DNA from: a virus
Virus record (IMG/VR): IMGVR_UViG_3300042868_009121
Location: 1-64,000 of that record
Length of the DNA: 64,000 bases
Direction: 5' to 3' (one strand)
Below, one piece after another: positions 30,108-39,766 of the stretch (position 1 is the stretch's first letter; every line of letters begins with the position of its first letter). A model generated the notes under the pieces. It saw only the letters and a program-made list of their open reading frames with translations. It was not told the DNA's origin and ran no database searches. A program made the translations under genes and the position numbers.

Positions 30108-30898
30108 AGATTATTATATTTTTCATCCATATACCAATAGATTTTTTTAGAATATTTTTCTTCTCCAATACAATGGGCGGCATCTATAATATTAGGAAGT
30201 TCTATTATTCTTAATTTATCCATAGCATGAGCTATAACCGCAGGTGAAGATAGATTAGATACCATAAGTGAACAAGAGTTAATACAAGTAAACCATTCAT
30301 CTAATGTAGAAACTTTTAAAAATGGAATATTCTTTCCATATTCTTTATAATCTTTTTCTGATGATGATATAAAAATAACTTTATCTTTATACTCTTCTAA
30401 TATTTGATTATGAGGAAAATAATGATTTAATCTAATAGGATTATACCTACGATGAATTAATACTTTATCTGATAATTCATTTATTTTTTTATCATAGGAT
30501 ATCCAATTGTATTCTCCACTAATAGAAAAATCAAAAGTTTTACTATATAATTCAGACCAGCATGTTTTATATATATAAGGAGAGTTTACATATGTTCCAA
30601 GATCTATATATCCTTCTGATAATAACTTATCATTATATATTTTTATAAGAGAATTTTTTTCAGGAGTTTGTATAGGATCTAATTCATATTCCGTAAGAAT
30701 ATTTAATGAGTTTATATAATCTTGTTGAGCCATTATAGGAGTTAATTCTGCATATGTATTTTGTATTCCAAATTCCCATCCTATATTGTACATGTATACA
30801 TTTGCTTTAGTATTATTTTTTAAACACAAGTGCTTAACAGCAAACATTGCATGTAAAAAATCCCCTAACTTACCTCCCATTAAAAAATTACTATACAT
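30104..30898 (-). CDS. GT9-like glycosyltransferase
   Basis: KLGDFL N-terminal motif; VSNLSSPAVIAHAMDK. Confidence 0.55.
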   Translation of the reverse strand: MYSNFLMGGKLGDFLHAMFAVKHLCLKNNTKANVYMYNIGWEFGIQNTYAELTPIMAQQDYINSLNILTEYELDPIQTPEKNSLIKIYNDKLLSEGYIDLGTYVNSPYIYKTCWSELYSKTFDFSISGEYNWISYDKKINELSDKVLIHRRYNPIRLNHYFPHNQILEEYKDKVIFISSSEKDYKEYGKNIPFLKVSTLDEWFTCINSCSLMVSNLSSPAVIAHAMDKLRIIELPNIIDAAHCIGEEKYSKKIYWYMDEKYNNL

Positions 30899-30902
30899 TA
30901 AT

Positions 30903-32120
30903 TTACTTTGAAATTATTTCAAATTTAGGACAAGGAACAATAAACTTACCTCCATTTTCTAAAAACTTATTCTCTCTATTAATAAATTCTGATATGAAAT
31001 GCCAAGGCAAAACTATCATATAATCAGGTTTCATTGCTCTAACTTCATCTTCTGATTTAATTGGGATATTTGTTCCAATTGTTTTTAATCCATACTTGTA
31101 AGGTGATCTTTCTGCTATAGCATCAATTAGCGTATGATCTAATCCAAACCATTGTAATAAAGTATTTCCCTTAGTAGATGCACCATAACCACATATTTTT
31201 TTTCCTTTAGCTTTTTCTTGCTTAATAAAATTTACAGTTTGATTTTTTAAATCTTCTATATCAGACATAAACTTATCCCACACTTCTTTTTTACCTATGT
31301 CAAAACTAGTATTTTCATAGTTAAGTAAAGATTGAATTCTAAAATTACAAACGTCTCTTAAAGGACTTGTGCCAAATGATGTAATATTAGCGGTTTCTTT
31401 TTGGACATATACTCTAAAACTTCCACCATTAACGTCATTTAATGTACAATCTACTATTTTTAATTTATGTCTTTCAAATAATTTTTTAATTGAATTTAAT
31501 GAATAGTAATAAGCATGTTCATGACATATATTATCAAATGCTAATTGCTGAATCATTAACGGAGTATATGACATTTGTAAAACCCAAATACCATTGTCAT
31601 CTAATACTTTATTTATATCTTCAATAAAAGGATCAGGATTTATAAGATCATAAAACATAGCAATAGTAGTAATTACTTTTGCTTTTTTATTTAAATTTAA
31701 TTTACTATAAGCATTATAACTAAAATAATCTTGAACAACTTTTGCATGTTTAGATGACTCTTGTAAAAAGGTATCATCAGCAGGATCAATTCCTACTTTT
31801 ATAAATCCTTCCGGTATTTGTTTTAATAAAGTTCCATCATTACAAGCTATATCTAACCAAATATCTTCTTTATTCCATTTAATTCTAGAGGTTATTTCTT
31901 TTACTATATCTCCAAGTTCTTTGGTCATAGTAGTATTAATACTAGATCTGTACCAATATTTACCCCACATAGTATTAGAAGGAGCTATTTCAATAAGTTT
32001 TGCTGCACCTATTGTTTCATCTAGTTCTAAGTCTAAACTATATTTCTTTTTATTTTTATAGTCTTCTTCTGAATGTACAAAATCAGATACGTAGTGATCT
32101 CCTATTTTAACTATTTTCAT
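30903..32120 (-). CDS. NDP-hexose C-methyltransferase
   Basis: LDIACNDGTLL, GIDP, FDNICHEH..YYS, NGGSFR, YGASTKGNTLL, VLPWHF. Confidence 0.85.
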   Translation of the reverse strand: MKIVKIGDHYVSDFVHSEEDYKNKKKYSLDLELDETIGAAKLIEIAPSNTMWGKYWYRSSINTTMTKELGDIVKEITSRIKWNKEDIWLDIACNDGTLLKQIPEGFIKVGIDPADDTFLQESSKHAKVVQDYFSYNAYSKLNLNKKAKVITTIAMFYDLINPDPFIEDINKVLDDNGIWVLQMSYTPLMIQQLAFDNICHEHAYYYSLNSIKKLFERHKLKIVDCTLNDVNGGSFRVYVQKETANITSFGTSPLRDVCNFRIQSLLNYENTSFDIGKKEVWDKFMSDIEDLKNQTVNFIKQEKAKGKKICGYGASTKGNTLLQWFGLDHTLIDAIAERSPYKYGLKTIGTNIPIKSEDEVRAMKPDYMIVLPWHFISEFINRENKFLENGGKFIVPCPKFEIISK

Positions 32121-33073
32121 TGTAGTAATTTTAAATCGTTATTAACCATTAATTTAATCATATCTTCAAAACTTGTTTTAGGCTCCCAACCAAGTTTGTT
32201 TTTTATTTTACTATAATCGCCTTTTAAATTATCAACTTCATTTGGTCTGATGAATTCAGGATTTATTTTTATATAATCTTTATAATTAGATATTCCAACA
32301 GTATTAAAAGCTATTTCTAAAAGATATTTTAATGTATGAGACTTATTAGTTGCAATTATATAATCATCTGATATTTTATCTTGTAGCATCATCCACATAG
32401 CCTCAATAAAATCTGGGGTATATCCCCAATCTCTGCTAACATTTATATTCCCTAATTCAATAAAATCTTTTTTACCTAATGAAATTTCAGCTACAGATTT
32501 AGTTATTTTTCTTGTAACAAATTTAGGATCTCTTCTTTCTGATTCATGATTAAAACTAATTCCATTACATGCATATATTCCATAAGATTCTCTATAATTT
32601 TTTATTATCCATTGAGCATATAATTTAGCACACCCGTAAGGAGACTTTGGATTTAATGTTGTATCTTCATTAGCAATAATATTTTTTAAATTTCCAAATA
32701 TTTCACTACTAGATGCTTGATATAATTTTATATTAGGATTAATATTTTTTATTATTTCTAATATTTTTAATACTGCTACACCATTAACATCAGCAGTATA
32801 TTCTGGGAAGGTCCAACTATTTGGAGCAAACGATACTCCTCCAAAATTATAAATTTCATCAGGATTACTTAATTCTATTGCATTAGCTATTGATTTTTTA
32901 TCACTTAAGTCCGCTTGCAGTAAATGAATTTTATGTTTACAAGCTTCTATATTAGAATGTTTAACATCTATATTTCTAGAGGTTCCATATACTTCATATC
33001 CTTTATTTAAAAGGAAGTCTGCCATATGACTACCAACCATACCATGAATTCCAGTAATTAAAGCTTTTTTCAT
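32117..33073 (-). CDS. GDP-mannose 4,6-dehydratase paralog (divergent)
   Basis: ALITGIHG, YQASSSE, SPYGCAK, FNHES, FVTRKI, RDWG. Confidence 0.8.
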   Translation of the reverse strand: MKKALITGIHGMVGSHMADFLLNKGYEVYGTSRNIDVKHSNIEACKHKIHLLQADLSDKKSIANAIELSNPDEIYNFGGVSFAPNSWTFPEYTADVNGVAVLKILEIIKNINPNIKLYQASSSEIFGNLKNIIANEDTTLNPKSPYGCAKLYAQWIIKNYRESYGIYACNGISFNHESERRDPKFVTRKITKSVAEISLGKKDFIELGNINVSRDWGYTPDFIEAMWMMLQDKISDDYIIATNKSHTLKYLLEIAFNTVGISNYKDYIKINPEFIRPNEVDNLKGDYSKIKNKLGWEPKTSFEDMIKLMVNNDLKLLQ

Positions 33074-33104
33074 TTTATAAAATTTAAATAATTTTTTAGT
33101 ATGA

Positions 33105-34085
33105 TTATTTAAATTCTTTTTGCCAATACTCAATCATTTCATCTAACATAGATTCAAAAGTATATTCAGGTTTCCAATCTGTATCTTTTTTTAATTTAGT
33201 TGGATCTCCTTTAAGATCATTTAATTCTTCTGGTCTAAAAAATTTTTGATCTTGTTTAATATAGTTTTCCCAGTTCATGTCTAATCTACTAAAAACATAT
33301 TCTACAAGTTCACGAACAGTGTGAGATATTCCTGTTGCACATACATAATCTCCAGGCTTATCTAATTGAAGAATTAACCACATTGCTTTTACATAATCTT
33401 TTGCATGTCCCCAATCTCTTGATGCATCTAAATTACCTAAAACTAATTCATTAGATAATCCTAATTTTATTTTAACAGCTTCTTTTACTACTTTATTTGT
33501 AACAAAATTGGTACCTCTTCTTGGAGATTCATGATTAAATAAAATTCCATTTGATACAAATAAATTATAAGAATTTCTATAATTTCTAGTTATGTTATAT
33601 CCAAATAATTTAGAACATCCATAAGGAGACACTGGATTCATCGGAGTATCTTCTCTTTGAAAACCATCTTGATCAATACAATTTCCAAACATTTCTGATG
33701 AAGATGCTTGGTACACTTTAGCAAGTGGTGAAACTTCTTTCACAACTTCCATTAAATTTAATACACCCATGCCAGTAGCATTAACTGTATAAATAGGTTG
33801 ATCAAATGATATTCTTACATGAGATTGCGCAGCTAAATTATAGATTTCATCTGGGTTTATTTTATTGACTACTCTGTAAAGAGACGATATATCAGTCATG
33901 TCTGCATATTCTAAATTACTTTTTATTTTAGAATAAATCGTATTAAGTCTTGATGTTTGATTTTCAGAAACAGAATTACGTTTTAATATTCCATATACAT
34001 CATATCCTTTTTCCAAAAGAAATTCTGTTAAATATGCACCGTCTTGTCCATTAATCCCAGTAATTAAGGCTTTTTTATTACTCAT
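33105..34085 (-). CDS. gmd: GDP-mannose 4,6-dehydratase
   Basis: ITGINGQDGAYL, NLAAQSHV, QASSSE, FNHESPRRG, RDWGHAKDY. Confidence 0.92.
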   Translation of the reverse strand: MSNKKALITGINGQDGAYLTEFLLEKGYDVYGILKRNSVSENQTSRLNTIYSKIKSNLEYADMTDISSLYRVVNKINPDEIYNLAAQSHVRISFDQPIYTVNATGMGVLNLMEVVKEVSPLAKVYQASSSEMFGNCIDQDGFQREDTPMNPVSPYGCSKLFGYNITRNYRNSYNLFVSNGILFNHESPRRGTNFVTNKVVKEAVKIKLGLSNELVLGNLDASRDWGHAKDYVKAMWLILQLDKPGDYVCATGISHTVRELVEYVFSRLDMNWENYIKQDQKFFRPEELNDLKGDPTKLKKDTDWKPEYTFESMLDEMIEYWQKEFK

Positions 34086-35443
34086 AATTGATTAATAAAT
34101 TTATTAAGAATAGTTTCTATATAGTCTATCTTTTCTTTATTAATTACAGGCGATGTTCCTAAAAAGAATGTATCTGTTGTAACTTTTCTTGCTACAGGAA
34201 ATTTCTCTATTACATCTTTAGGATCCATAAGTCCTTCATATGCTGGTTGTAACATTATATTACCTGCAAAGTAAGGTCTTGTTTGTATTTTATTTGCTTC
34301 AAAGAACTGACAAATATCTGATCTTTTAAATGGAGCATCATCCTTTAAAGTTACTGGGAACGCAAACCAATCTACATCTGCACCAGACTGCGCTTCATGT
34401 AAATGGAAGTACTGCTCATGCTTTTTAAATGCACTAAATAGATTCTTATAGTTTTCTCTTCTTTTTTGTCCAATCTCTTCTAGCTTCTCCATTTGCACCA
34501 ATCCCATTGATGCCTGAAGCTCGATAGGTTTTAAATTATATCCAATTTCTTCATACACATATTTGTGATCAAACAAATCATTTGGTAATGCTGGTAGCCA
34601 ATTATTGAATCTGCAACCGCAAGATCCTTTCTCTAATAAATTTTGTTTACCTATACAATAACAACCACGACCCCATTCTCTAAAACTACGAATGATTCTT
34701 TCAGTTTGTTCATCTTTACATGCAACGAATCCACCTTCTGCCATAGTCATATGATGTGCTGGATAGAATGAGCAACTTGCTAATTCACCAAACGATCCTA
34801 AAGGTTTTCCTTCATAAAAAGATCCTAATGCATCACAACAGTCTTCTAATAAAATTAATTCATACTTTTCAATAATCTTCATTAACTTATTCATATTAGG
34901 AGGGTTTCCTAATACGTGAGCAAATGTAATAATTTTTGCATCAGGATTATTTATACAAGCTTGTTCTACTTGATCAAGATCTAGATTAAGAGTTTCAAGT
35001 TCAATATCAACAAAGATAGGTGTAAATCCCACTTGTAATATAGGATTGATAGTAGTAGGAAAACCTGCGATAGGTGTAATTACTTTTGTGCCTTTAGGTA
35101 AGTTACGACCTCTTTTAGATGTCATAGCTAGCATCATTAATAGGTTTGCACTAGATCCTGAATTGGCTAGTAGTCCATAGTCTTTACCAAATTTTTTAGG
35201 AAATTTAGTTTCAAATTTATTTGCCTCAGCTCCTAATACCAACCATTCAGTAAGTAAACTTTTAACTGCTGCTACATATTCATCAGATGAGAAATATGGT
35301 CCTGCATATTGAACCCAATCTTTTCCTGCTTCCCAACTTTTTTTATAATGTTTTTCTTCTATATATCTTTGTACTAATCTAAGAATTTCTTTTTCTGTAA
35401 ATTGATATCCTTCTAAATCTTGATACGTTTCTGATTTTGTCAT
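34082..35443 (-). CDS. rfbH: NDP-4-keto-6-deoxyglucose 3-dehydrase (E1, RfbH/DdhC)
   Basis: NSGSSANL, FPTT, HVLGNP, EDCCDALG, SFYPAHHMT (His in place of the aminotransferase Lys), WGRGCYC..CGCRF, DHKY. Confidence 0.88.
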   Translation of the reverse strand: MTKSETYQDLEGYQFTEKEILRLVQRYIEEKHYKKSWEAGKDWVQYAGPYFSSDEYVAAVKSLLTEWLVLGAEANKFETKFPKKFGKDYGLLANSGSSANLLMMLAMTSKRGRNLPKGTKVITPIAGFPTTINPILQVGFTPIFVDIELETLNLDLDQVEQACINNPDAKIITFAHVLGNPPNMNKLMKIIEKYELILLEDCCDALGSFYEGKPLGSFGELASCSFYPAHHMTMAEGGFVACKDEQTERIIRSFREWGRGCYCIGKQNLLEKGSCGCRFNNWLPALPNDLFDHKYVYEEIGYNLKPIELQASMGLVQMEKLEEIGQKRRENYKNLFSAFKKHEQYFHLHEAQSGADVDWFAFPVTLKDDAPFKRSDICQFFEANKIQTRPYFAGNIMLQPAYEGLMDPKDVIEKFPVARKVTTDTFFLGTSPVINKEKIDYIETILNKFINQL

Positions 35444-35445
35444 AA

Positions 35446-36045
35446 CTAGATTGTATTATAAAACTGATTTTGTTTTTCTTGTCGTACTATATCTTTAGGA
35501 TGAAATAAGCAGTAACCTTCTTCTTGAGGCAGTAGCGAATACTCTTCAAAACCACTTAGTCTCTCATGTACTTTATTTATCCATTTAATCTTACTATTGT
35601 TTTTCCATATCCTCCATTGATAATCAGGAAAGTTGACCCATCCTTTTTCATCAATTCTCCATCCCCATTTTTGAATATGTTGTTCAGTTAAGTCTGATAC
35701 AGTATTTATTCTAGGTACTAAAAGTACATCAATTGTTTGATTGTATTCTAATATATCTGCCAAGTTGCTAATTAAATACTGATGTGGATATTCATCTGCA
35801 TCTATTTGAAAGATGTAATCTTTAGTGCAATGTTTACTCAAGTTATTTTTAAATGAGGCAAAGTCTTTATTAAGAGGGAATTCTATATAGTCTTTAGCAA
35901 CCTCTCTAACTTCCTTAGTCGCATTAGAGTCTAATTGGACCACGATTTCATCCTCTTGACGTATATTATTACGTAAAACTTCTAATAGAAATGATAGTTC
36001 CCTGTGCTCGTTACAGGCGGTTATAGCATAACTAATTGATGGCAT
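35446..36045 (-). CDS. GT2-family glycosyltransferase
   Basis: FQIDADE, FPDYQWR, W.NKVHE. Confidence 0.85.
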   Translation of the reverse strand: MPSISYAITACNEHRELSFLLEVLRNNIRQEDEIVVQLDSNATKEVREVAKDYIEFPLNKDFASFKNNLSKHCTKDYIFQIDADEYPHQYLISNLADILEYNQTIDVLLVPRINTVSDLTEQHIQKWGWRIDEKGWVNFPDYQWRIWKNNSKIKWINKVHERLSGFEEYSLLPQEEGYCLFHPKDIVRQEKQNQFYNTI

Positions 36046-36050
36046 AACAT

Positions 36051-36497
36051 TTATTTTATATCAAAGAAGCCAATATATTCACAAGCTTCAAAATAATCTT
36101 TACCAAAACTTTTTAGTGTCTTAGAATCTGATTTGTACTTTTTTCCTTTAAATTTAGGAAGTTCTTTTTCTTCTTTAGTAAGCTTTACACTTTTAATAGA
36201 ACTCCACTCCCATTCTTCTTTTGAAGTACCATTGGCAAATACAGTTCCTTTACCTTCTATATTAATTACATTAGGATACCAAACTCTCCCATCTTCATCA
36301 GTTTGTTTTATATCTCTATAAAGCTCAGGAAGTTCATTTTCATATTCTTCAAAGTTAAATTCACCTTCACACATTAAATCATTTGTTTGAAAACCACAAG
36401 ATAGACAAACATAAGCTTTGTGAAATTCATTTACAGGCTGAGTGTAACAGGACTCGGGCGCTTTACACTTTGGGCATGTTATTAAATTATCAGTCAT
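36051..36497 (-). CDS. zinc-ribbon hypothetical protein
   Basis: CPKC ... CLSCG. Confidence 0.6.
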   Translation of the reverse strand: MTDNLITCPKCKAPESCYTQPVNEFHKAYVCLSCGFQTNDLMCEGEFNFEEYENELPELYRDIKQTDEDGRVWYPNVINIEGKGTVFANGTSKEEWEWSSIKSVKLTKEEKELPKFKGKKYKSDSKTLKSFGKDYFEACEYIGFFDIK

Positions 36498-36732
36498 TGA
36501 GTTGTTGTTTTGTTGTATATGTTATATTTGTTCCTGATGGTAATGAAGTGACGTCTGTTCTCCCAGATGCATTTAGAAAACCAGTCCCACCTACTCCTAT
36601 AGAAAAGCTTTTGTTATCAGATACTTTTTCTAGAACTTCTTTTATTCTATCCCATTGTTTAGGTGTAGGAGCAAAGTCATTACAAGCTTCTACAAATCCT
36701 TTTAACCATATTGTAAATTCACTTGATGTCAT
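36490..36732 (-). CDS. conserved phage hypothetical protein
   Basis: FTIWLKGFVE..PTPKQWDRIKE pattern. Confidence 0.6.
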   Translation of the reverse strand: MTSSEFTIWLKGFVEACNDFAPTPKQWDRIKEVLEKVSDNKSFSIGVGGTGFLNASGRTDVTSLPSGTNITYTTKQQLND

Positions 36733-38036
36733 TAGTCTACTTTTTTAAGTTTAGGAAGTTCAATCTTCTTTAATTGAGGAAGTTGTAGTCCTACTTGTTT
36801 TGGTATTCTATCTAAATAGCTAGCAAGTAAGTTTTTCATTTCATCAAATGAGAATTTAGTTTTAGATATATGAGACTGTCGTTTAGCAAATTCTTCATAT
36901 TTAGAATATTTTTCATAAACATTTTTTAGGTAAGCACTTGCCTCATTAATATCTGGACTAAACCACATAGACTCTGCCAATATCATATTTTGTACTTGGG
37001 CAGATGGATGAACATTTTTTAATTCTCCGCCAATTAAACAACAGAATTCACGATCAAGAAAATCTATATGTCCAGACCAAGCAGATACTATAATTGGTTT
37101 TTTACTAAGTGTAAACTCTAATAAAGGTCTACCAAATCCTTCACCTTTAGTTAGATTAAACATTGCTTTAACTTTAGGATGGTTGTAAAGATTGTTAATA
37201 TCTTTATCATCTAATTCACCATGAAGTAAATATACACTAGGTAAATCTCCATCAACTGTATTTTTAATAGCATCTATCTTTTTAAGCATTTCATCACGGT
37301 CCATTATACTAGATCCTGCACCAGATGTTTTCATTATTAATGCAGGTTTATTTTTTTTACCTTTAAATGTTTCTAGAAATGTTTTTAGCATTAAGCTAGT
37401 ATTTTTTCTATCTTCACCAATTTCTCCTTGAAGCCAATGTCCTACATATAGAAAACAAAACTCTTCTTTGATTTCGTCTAATTCAAGCACTACGTCTGTT
37501 TCTTCAAGATCTTCATCTTCAATATGAAAGTATTTATTTAAATCTACTCCTTCAAATAAAACTTCAACTGGCTTTTCAAGTTTCACTACTCCAAGAACTT
37601 GATTTTGTTGATCTCTTTTTTCAAATGTAGATTGTTGAAATACTTTTTTAGAGTGTTCTGAAGATACTAAAGTTATGTTCATTCTATTAACTCCTTCAAT
37701 CCAACTAGGATCACAAATTGTTGTTTCAATACCTGCGGTTAAACCTATATTATACTTTCCTATAGATTGAAATTCGTTTGGTACAGTGATTTGAATCCAA
37801 ATATCTGGTTGTCTTGGTAATTGAGGAACTTGTAGAATTAAAGGTTCTAACCAACTATATTCTTGTTTATTGTCTTTAATATATCCCCAAGGAGTAACTC
37901 CCCAACGTTGAGATATGATTTTAATATCATACTCTTCTTTTTTTAATTCATATAGAGCTTTAACAAAGTCTCTAGATCTAGCACCATAACCTGAATACGT
38001 GTCAATAGGACAACTAATTACGCACAACTGTTTCAT
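36732..38036 (-). CDS. GT4-family glycosyltransferase
   Basis: SGYG, RKN, GEGFGRPLLE, WSGHIDF. Confidence 0.85.
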   Translation of the reverse strand: MKQLCVISCPIDTYSGYGARSRDFVKALYELKKEEYDIKIISQRWGVTPWGYIKDNKQEYSWLEPLILQVPQLPRQPDIWIQITVPNEFQSIGKYNIGLTAGIETTICDPSWIEGVNRMNITLVSSEHSKKVFQQSTFEKRDQQNQVLGVVKLEKPVEVLFEGVDLNKYFHIEDEDLEETDVVLELDEIKEEFCFLYVGHWLQGEIGEDRKNTSLMLKTFLETFKGKKNKPALIMKTSGAGSSIMDRDEMLKKIDAIKNTVDGDLPSVYLLHGELDDKDINNLYNHPKVKAMFNLTKGEGFGRPLLEFTLSKKPIIVSAWSGHIDFLDREFCCLIGGELKNVHPSAQVQNMILAESMWFSPDINEASAYLKNVYEKYSKYEEFAKRQSHISKTKFSFDEMKNLLASYLDRIPKQVGLQLPQLKKIELPKLKKVD

Positions 38037-38037
38037 A

Positions 38038-39480
38038 TTAATAAACTAAAGGGTGTACAATTTTTTTTCTTTCTAATTTTTCTGTCTTAATTAAATCAAA
38101 CTGTTTTTTAGGTTTGAATGTATCAATAGTTTCATTTATAGTAGATATAACATTATCACACATATGAGCTGCGCTCATCATAGATTCATTAGATAATACC
38201 CACTCTCTAGCTGACATACCTTTTCTACTTCTTTCATCAGGAGATAAATTATAACAATCTTCAATTGCTTTAGCAACATCTCTAAAATCACATCTATCAT
38301 CATAAATGTAAGGAGTAGGTATAGATCCTACAATACTAATATTAGTAGGAAATACTGGTAACGCCCATTCTCCATGGTTTTTATATTTGCCAAAATGATT
38401 TGAACAGAATTTATCATTGAAGTCAATCCACTTACCATCTTCATCTTCAAATCTCATTTGATCTTGCATTCCTCCTGTAACATTAGCTATAATCATTCTA
38501 CCTGCCATCATAGATTCTGTTAAAGATAATCCCCAACCTTCATTAGATGAAATTAAAGCAGTCACATCAGACATGTTATAAAGCAAGTTTATTTCTTCTG
38601 CATTAAGTCTTGCATCTGAGAAATATACTTTTTGATATTCTGGATTACATATTAAATCTACTACTGCATTTAAGTCAGTTCCATTTTCATCTGCTCTTTG
38701 AGTATGCATTAATAGGGCACATTTGCTAGCCTTTTCTTTTCCTATCTTATCACAGAACATTGCATACGCGGCAATTAAATCAGAAGTACATTTTCTTCTA
38801 ATATTTCTGGCATTATAGAATACTACGAACTCAGGTTTAAAATCACCGAATATTTCTTTTTTCTTTTTTTCTAAAGCCTCATTCTGATTTTGCATAAATT
38901 CAGTAATAGGATAGAATATCTTTTCATTAATTCCATGAGGAACGTATTTAAGAATTTTTCCTTTTACTTTATCTCCTAATACCATTCTATTAATATTAAG
39001 AGTTTGCTTTGATATAGCCATTAAAGTATCACAAGAGTCATAAAATGATTCATTGTATAATGGAGCAGGAAGATCATCCCAAATATTTAAATACACCATA
39101 GGTATTTTTTTCCTAATCTCATTTTCCATTTGAAATAACCAAACCCAATATCTAGGATCTGTAAAAAAGAAAATAGCATCCGGCTTTTCTATTTCAATTA
39201 ATTGTCTAATTAATTCAGGACTTCCATACCCATTAGTAGGATAAATAAAAACAGAAGAATCATTTATGCCCATGATTCTATTTGTATCAGTAGATATGTC
39301 TAACTTTTTTCCTTGATCAGGATGATTAATTGCTCCACCTACATTTACCCAATTAAATACATGAGAACTTCCTACAACTATTTCTCTAGCCATTGTAGAG
39401 ATTCCGCTTGTCATTCTAATATCATCACATAGAAAAAGAATTTTTTTTCTTTGTGCTTGAGGAATATAACCATTTATCAT
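38038..39480 (-). CDS. GT4-family glycosyltransferase
   Basis: VPHGI, RNIRRK, NEGWGLSLTESM, TGGMQDQ. Confidence 0.88.
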   Translation of the reverse strand: MINGYIPQAQRKKILFLCDDIRMTSGISTMAREIVVGSSHVFNWVNVGGAINHPDQGKKLDISTDTNRIMGINDSSVFIYPTNGYGSPELIRQLIEIEKPDAIFFFTDPRYWVWLFQMENEIRKKIPMVYLNIWDDLPAPLYNESFYDSCDTLMAISKQTLNINRMVLGDKVKGKILKYVPHGINEKIFYPITEFMQNQNEALEKKKKEIFGDFKPEFVVFYNARNIRRKCTSDLIAAYAMFCDKIGKEKASKCALLMHTQRADENGTDLNAVVDLICNPEYQKVYFSDARLNAEEINLLYNMSDVTALISSNEGWGLSLTESMMAGRMIIANVTGGMQDQMRFEDEDGKWIDFNDKFCSNHFGKYKNHGEWALPVFPTNISIVGSIPTPYIYDDRCDFRDVAKAIEDCYNLSPDERSRKGMSAREWVLSNESMMSAAHMCDNVISTINETIDTFKPKKQFDLIKTEKLERKKIVHPLVY

Positions 39481-39487
39481 ATATAAC

Positions 39488-39706
39488 TTATTTTATTGCT
39501 TCAATTAAACTAGATCCTGTATAGTGTGTATTATATTGTTCATGAATACTTTGTCTAAATCCAGAGTCTGTAAGATACATAAACATAGCTCTTTCAACTA
39601 TATCTTGTAAATTTATTTTAGTCTTAACAGATGTTACTTTAAAGTCTTCATATAGAGTCTCCGGTATTTTTACCGATGTTATAACTCTTTTTGATTTATT
39701 TACCAT
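39488..39706 (-). CDS. ribbon-helix-helix-like DNA-binding protein
   Basis: ITSVKIPETLYEDFK..NLQDIVERAMFMYL; TATTTAT at 39720-39726. Confidence 0.55.
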   Translation of the reverse strand: MVNKSKRVITSVKIPETLYEDFKVTSVKTKINLQDIVERAMFMYLTDSGFRQSIHEQYNTHYTGSSLIEAIK

Positions 39707-39766
39707 ATTTTCTTTTATAATAAATATACAAGAATATACAAATAAATATGTAAATAAAAAAATATT

